Origin: an uncultured Actinomycetota bacterium
GTDB taxonomy: Bacteria > Actinomycetota > Actinomycetes > Mycobacteriales > Jatrophihabitantaceae
Length of the DNA: 64,000 nt
Direction of reading: 5' to 3'
Assembly (NCBI GenBank): GCA_963708645.1
Contig: CAVPTA010000007.1
Span: 165,078-229,077 of the forward strand
In this document: in pieces, positions 60,001-64,000 of the stretch
Layout of the letters: each line of letters begins with the position of its first letter
Position numbering within the stretch: position 1 is the first letter of the stretch
The notes under the pieces: model-generated
What the model was told of the DNA's origin: nothing
The model's database searches: none
Seen by the model: the letters and a program-made list of their open reading frames with translations, nothing else
Program-made: the position numbers and the translations under genes

Positions 60001-60194
60001 CTGCAGTGCGTTCGCGGCATCGGCCGGGCGGCTCGTCGACCCCATACGGCTTCGGCCAGGGCACCGACCGAAACAGCACGGCCGGCATCGAGCGCCAGCC
60101 GGCGTAGCAACGACCGCAGCCGTGCTCCAGCCACCTCGACCGCGGCACCACTCGCGTCGCGGACGGCGAGCGGGCCGAGGATCCCCACGTCCAC
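57025..60194 (-). CDS. SARP-family (AfsR-like) transcriptional regulator: N-terminal OmpR-type winged helix plus BTAD, NB-ARC/STAND ATPase and TPR-like C-terminus; frameshift within the DNA-binding domain (~60040-60060)
   Basis: 'MDVGILGPLAVRDASGAAVEVAGARLRSLLRRLALDAGRAVSVGALAEAVWG' is in the frame of ORF 59742..60194. The continuation 'PADAANALQALVSRLRRTLGE...', BTAD, Walker A 'IVGPGGAGKTRLA', 'VIVLDNCEHV' and the long helical C-terminus are in the frame of ORF 57025..60372. Confidence 0.8.
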
Positions 60195-60226
60195 GCGTCC
60201 ACTGTCCCACGGGGCAAGATCGCAGT

Positions 60227-60640
60227 ATGCGCAGTGAGACGCTCTCGATCCGCACCGGTGACCGGCCGAACGTCCATGACCTCAGCGCTGAGTGCGCAGC
60301 GTTCGTCCGCGATGCCGGGGACGGGTTGCTCAACGTGTTCGTCCCGCACGCAACTGCGGGGCTGGCGATCATCGAGACCGGCGCAGGCAGCGACGACGAC
60401 CTGCTGAGCGCGCTCGAGACGGTCCTCCCGCGAGATGCCCGTTGGTCACATCGCCACGGGAGCCCCGGCCACGGGCGCGATCACGTGCTGCCTGCCTTCG
60501 TCGCGCCGTCGCTCGTGGTGCCGGTGCTGGACGGACGGATGACGCTGGGCACCTGGCAATCGATCTGCCTCGTCGACACCAACGTCGACAACGCGGTGCG
60601 CGAGGTCCGACTGAGCTTCGTCGCCTGGCTGAGTCAGCCG
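60227..60640 (+). CDS. YjbQ/UPF0047-family protein (secondary thiamine-phosphate synthase-like); 3' end uncertain
   Basis: 'MRSETLSIRTGDRPNVHDLSAECAAFV...LNVFVPHATAGLAIIE...RMTLGTWQSICLVD' aligns with the ~138-aa YjbQ family. The frame has no stop until 61324 and runs antisense into the hydrolase gene, so the true stop is probably lost by an indel. Confidence 0.6.
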
Positions 60641-61504
60641 TCGGGTTGCAGCAGCGACCCGCGCCGGCGGCCGCACCTCGCCGGAATCGGCAAAAGCCTC
60701 GATCTCGCGCGCCACGGTGGCCGGCTCGCTGCGGTGCGGCGTGTGCCCGACTCCGTCCAGCAACCGGATCTGGCTCCACGGAAGCATCGACGTCACGTTC
60801 TTCGCCTGCCACGGCGGCAGCACGCGATCCTCGCGTCCCCACATGACGAGGATCGGGATGCGCGAGTTGATGACGATCTGCGTCCGGTCGATGTCGGCGC
60901 TCAAGGCGAGGCTTTCGCGCACGCTGGCCTGGAACTGCTCACGGGCCTGCTCGGTGCGCAGCCGGTCGTAGGTCTCCATGAGTTCGGACACCCGCACCCG
61001 GCTGGTCTCGGAGTTCGACTCGACCCGGGCGGCGATGCGTTCGATCGTGCGCGACGCACGAGGGCTGTAGAGCGCGCGGAGCAGCCGAGCGCCGGCCCGC
61101 GTGCCCATGAACGGGACGACCGGGTTGAGCTCGACGCCGAATCCGCCGGGGGCGATCAACGCGAGGCCCGCGCAGCGCGCCGGGAAGTGGTGCGCGGTCA
61201 GCAGCGAGACCGCACCGCCGAACGAGTGCCCGACGAAGACCGCCGACGTGACGTCCATCCGGGCCAGCAGCGCCTCGAGGCCGATGGCGAGATCGTCGGC
61301 GTGCGGGACGCTGTGCACCGATGAGTTGAGTGCGTAGCCGGGCAGATCGACCGCGATGACCCGGAAGCGGTGGGCCAGGAGCGGGGCTACGCGGCTCCAC
61401 GTCGTGGAGTCGGTACCGAGACCGTGCACGAGGATCAGAGGGTCGCCCGTGCCGGACTCCTCGACGCGCCATTCGGTGGCGGCACCGAGGCGCACGTCAG
61501 ACAC
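60446..61504 (-). CDS. Alpha/beta-fold hydrolase
   Basis: 'LILVHGLGTDSTTW', nucleophile elbow 'FVGHSFGGAV', 'LLDGVGHTPH'. The last ~70 aa of the ORF are probably read-through beyond the true C-terminus. Confidence 0.7.
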   Translation of the reverse strand: MSDVRLGAATEWRVEESGTGDPLILVHGLGTDSTTWSRVAPLLAHRFRVIAVDLPGYALNSSVHSVPHADDLAIGLEALLARMDVTSAVFVGHSFGGAVSLLTAHHFPARCAGLALIAPGGFGVELNPVVPFMGTRAGARLLRALYSPRASRTIERIAARVESNSETSRVRVSELMETYDRLRTEQAREQFQASVRESLALSADIDRTQIVINSRIPILVMWGREDRVLPPWQAKNVTSMLPWSQIRLLDGVGHTPHRSEPATVAREIEAFADSGEVRPPARVAAATRRLTQPGDEAQSDLAHRVVDVGVDEADRLPGAQRHPSVQHRHHERRRDEGRQHVIAPVAGAPVAM

Positions 61505-61566
61505 CGCGCTCCCCCGTCACGCGCGCCACCCTAACCGTTGGAACCTGCTCTCGGATGTGCAGCAGG

Positions 61567-61986
61567 TTACGAGTCCTTGCGACCTCGGTGTTCGCGATCG
61601 GCAGCTCTCAGCACGTTCTTCAGTCCCTCGCGCTTGCTCAGCAGCGAATCGAGCTGGTCGTAGTCGAGCCGGACGGCGCGGACCCGGCCGTGGGTCGCAA
61701 CAGTCGCGTGCCGCTGGCCGCCGTCGAGATAGGCCATCTCACCGATGATCGCCCCGGAACCGAGCGAAGCGACGATCGTGCGTCCGACGAGCACGTTGGC
61801 CTCACCGGACAGCAGGATGTATGCAGCATCGGCTGGGGTGCCCTCCTGGACGAAGGCCCATCCGTCCGGCAGCGTCACGACGCGGCCCGCCTCGGCCAGC
61901 GCGAGAAGATCGTCCTTGCTGCACTCGCGCAGGTTGGGCAGGTCGGACAGTTCGTCGGCCAGTGCGCGCTGCTCGCGGTGGGGCAC
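61567..61986 (-). CDS. Stand-alone cyclic-nucleotide-binding (cNMP/CAP-effector) domain protein
   Basis: GTG start 6 nt after 'gaggag'. 'LPDGWAFVQEGTPADAAYILLSGEANVLVGRTIVASLGSGAIIGEMAYLDGGQRHATVAT'. ~139 aa, no HTH. Confidence 0.6.
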   Translation of the reverse strand: MPHREQRALADELSDLPNLRECSKDDLLALAEAGRVVTLPDGWAFVQEGTPADAAYILLSGEANVLVGRTIVASLGSGAIIGEMAYLDGGQRHATVATHGRVRAVRLDYDQLDSLLSKREGLKNVLRAADREHRGRKDS

Positions 61987-62214
61987 CGTGGTCTCCTCAG
62001 GGGTCGGCGGGGTGGTCGGCTGGTCCGGACGGCGTGTGCCACAGCATAGGGGCCGTCCTGGCGAGGTGACCTGCTGAAAACAATGACCGGTTTCCGCACG
62101 TGCGATCCCGGTTATCCTCTTTGTGCGTGGCTGCGGCCTGAGGGGGCCGGTCCTGTCAGTGGCCACGTGTGCGCCGACGCGTTCCGGCTCGTTCGGTGCG
62201 GTGTGCGAGCGCAC

Positions 62215-62251
62215 GTAACGCCGGTGGCGAGCCAAGCGCCACCGGCGTTAC
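62215..62251 (+). promoter_or_regulatory. Perfect 15-nt inverted repeat with 6-nt spacer (hairpin/terminator-like or operator) in the divergent region upstream of the F420 nitroreductase gene
   Basis: 'GTAACGCCGGTGGCGagccaaCGCCACCGGCGTTAC', followed by 'ctcgtgttctc'. Confidence 0.45.
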
Positions 62252-62317
62252 CTCGTGTTCTCGAGGGGTTGATCAGGCGGTTCCGTCGCTCCCGCGCACC
62301 CGGCTAGGCTGTGCCGC

Positions 62318-62785
62318 GTGGGCCTGCTGACACCGCTCGCGGTCCGCATCGGCGCGATCCCCTGGATGCCGAAACTGCTTCCCCAGATCGTCTGGGTCGA
62401 CACCCGTCTCCAGCGAGCGACCCGTGGCCGTTACACGCTGCTCGACGTCGCCGGCCTGCCGAATCTGATGCTCACCGTCGTGGGTCGCAAGAGCGGCGTG
62501 CCACGCAGCACACCGTTGCTCTGCGTCCCCTACGAGGACACCTACCTGATCGCCGGTTCCTACTTCGGTGGGCCGAAGGAACCGATCTGGGTCGCCAACC
62601 TCGAAGCGGCGATGGCCGGTGAGATGCGCGTGGACGGGCGCACGATGGCGTTCACTGCGCGCGCGGTCGAGGGTGACGAGCGTGATCGGCTGTGGCTCCA
62701 CATGCAGCAGACGTGGCCGAACTTCGCCAAATACGAGCAGCGCACCAACCGCACGATCAAGGTGTTCCAGCTGATCCCGCAGTGA
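62318..62785 (+). CDS. Deazaflavin(F420)-dependent nitroreductase-family oxidoreductase (Ddn/DUF385-like)
   Basis: 155 aa, 'YTLLDVAGLPNLMLTVVGRKSGVPRSTPLLCVPYEDTYLIAGSYFGGPKEPIWVANL'. GTG start. Confidence 0.8.
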   Translation: MGLLTPLAVRIGAIPWMPKLLPQIVWVDTRLQRATRGRYTLLDVAGLPNLMLTVVGRKSGVPRSTPLLCVPYEDTYLIAGSYFGGPKEPIWVANLEAAMAGEMRVDGRTMAFTARAVEGDERDRLWLHMQQTWPNFAKYEQRTNRTIKVFQLIPQ

Positions 62786-63018
62786 TGCGCAAGTGCACCC
62801 CATGAGAGTGCAGTAGCGCGCCGGGCGAGTCGGATCCCCATAGATGCCCCCGCACCGATCGACGACCCGCCCGGCGTCGCGCTACGAACAAATCCATACC
62901 CTCAAGACGATCACAACTAACACGCAAGAAAACTTCAAGAAAACTGCAAGGAAGCTGCACCGCTAGCCTCGGCCTGTGCGCACCCTCACCGGCCTCGCCC
63001 CGCACGTCCGCCCGGAGA

Positions 63019-64000
63019 ATGTCGTCGCGGGAGCCCAACTATCGGATCAGCGTTCTCGACGCCGGCCTGTTGCGCCTCGAGTACAGCGAATCCGGAGTTT
63101 TCGAAGATCGCGCGTCGCAGACGGCGATCAACCGCGCCTTCGCGCCGAGTGAGTTCACCCTGGTCGAAACGAGCACCGGGATCGAGATCCACACCGCCCG
63201 GTGCGTGCTCACTTATGACGGCAAGGCCTTTCAGCACCGAGGGCCTGTCGGTTCGTCCCGAAACATTCGGTGACCGGGTGGGGGCGGATCTGGCGCTTCG
63301 GCGAGCCACTGTCGAATCTCGGCGGCACCGCTCGCACGCTGGACGAGGTCGACGGCGAGTGTCCGCTCGAGCCGGGAGTGCTCTCCCTCGACGGCGTTGC
63401 TGTCGTCGATGATTCGCACTCCGTGCTGCTGAGTGAGGACGGCTGGATCGCCGAACGCGAGCCGGGACGCACCGATCTCTATGTGTTCGCCTACGGCCGT
63501 GATCATCGCGCGGCGCTGGCGGCGCTGTATCGACTCGACGGGGAGCACGCCGTTGCTGCCGCGGTTTGCGCTCGGCAATTGGTGGAGCCGCTATCACCCG
63601 TACAGCGCCGCCGAGTACCTCGAGCTGATGGATCGATTCGCGGCCGACAACGTTCCGCTGTCGGTGGCGGTGCTCGACATGGATTGGCACCTGGTCGACA
63701 TCGATCCGAAGTACGGAACGGGGTGGACGGGCTACACGTGGAACCGCGACCTGTTCCCTGATCCCCCGGCGTTCCTCGAGGAGCTGCACGACCGCGGCCT
63801 CGCCACGTCTCTGAACGTGCATCCGGCAGAGGGCGTGCATGCGCACGAAGAACGCTACGCAGAGGTGGCGCGACGCATGCATGTCGATCCCGAATCGCAG
63901 CAGCCGGTCGCATTCGACCCGACCGACCGCACGTTTCTGCAGACGTACTTCGAAGCGCTGCATCACCCGCTCGAGGACGAGGGTGTCGACTTCTGGTGGC
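63019..64000 (+). CDS. Glycoside hydrolase family 31 (alpha-xylosidase/alpha-glucosidase-like), 3'-truncated by the window edge and carrying three +1 frame changes in the first ~550 nt
   Basis: 'MSSREPNYRISVLDAGLLRLEYSESGVFEDRASQ...LTYDGKAF' is in ORF 63019..63273. '...STEGLSVRPETFGDRVGADL' is in ORF 63149..63412. 'WRFGEPLSNLGGTARTLDEVDGECPLEPGVLSLDGVAVVDDSHSVLL...LYVFAYGRDHRAALAALYRLDGE' is in ORF 63270..63761. 'LLPRFALGNWWSRYHPYSAAEYLELMDRFAADNVPLSVAVLDMDWH...EGVDFWW' runs in a third frame to the window end. Confidence 0.6.

Overview
This is a very GC-rich chromosomal segment (GC estimated by eye, not computed; strongly GC3-biased codons) from a mycelial or rod-shaped actinobacterium. Supporting gene content: a mycothiol ligase (mshC), F420-dependent enzymes (LLM-class oxidoreductase, Ddn-like nitroreductase), a SARP/AfsR-type regulator, the clpP1-clpP2 pair, and an intact mreBCD-pbp2-rodA operon, which rules out Mycobacterium/Corynebacterium-type cocci or rods. 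Gene order follows the conserved Streptomyces-type synteny: radical-SAM pair, acdS, eamA, [rodA-pbp2-mreD-mreC-mreB]-ndk ... DUF4233-folC-valS ... clpX-clpP2-clpP1-tig, then a two-domain laccase, NfeD-like/flotillin, tRNA-Pro, penicillin-acylase-family protein, cinA, ABC transporters, rph-rdgB, mshC, tRNA-Gly, a SARP regulator with DrrAB-like exporter, and a frameshifted GH31 at the window edge. The most interesting feature is a ~4.7 kb insertion splitting the otherwise tightly conserved ndk/DUF4233-folC junction. It carries a SipW-type (archaeal/ER-type) signal peptidase flanked by two small exported proteins with SipW-cognate-like signal peptides (a TasA/CalY-like fibre/matrix module), together with an OmpR-type response regulator, a soluble GAF histidine kinase and an orphan CheY-like receiver. 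Several genes, including essential valS, show internal frame changes that the ORF track reads through because stops are rare at this GC. These are either indel errors in the assembly or real pseudogenes. A DUF222/HNH (REP13E12-like) gene is clearly decayed and sits next to a lower-GC gene. Coordinates are taken from the ORF track frames, and manual start refinements are approximate (±3 nt).
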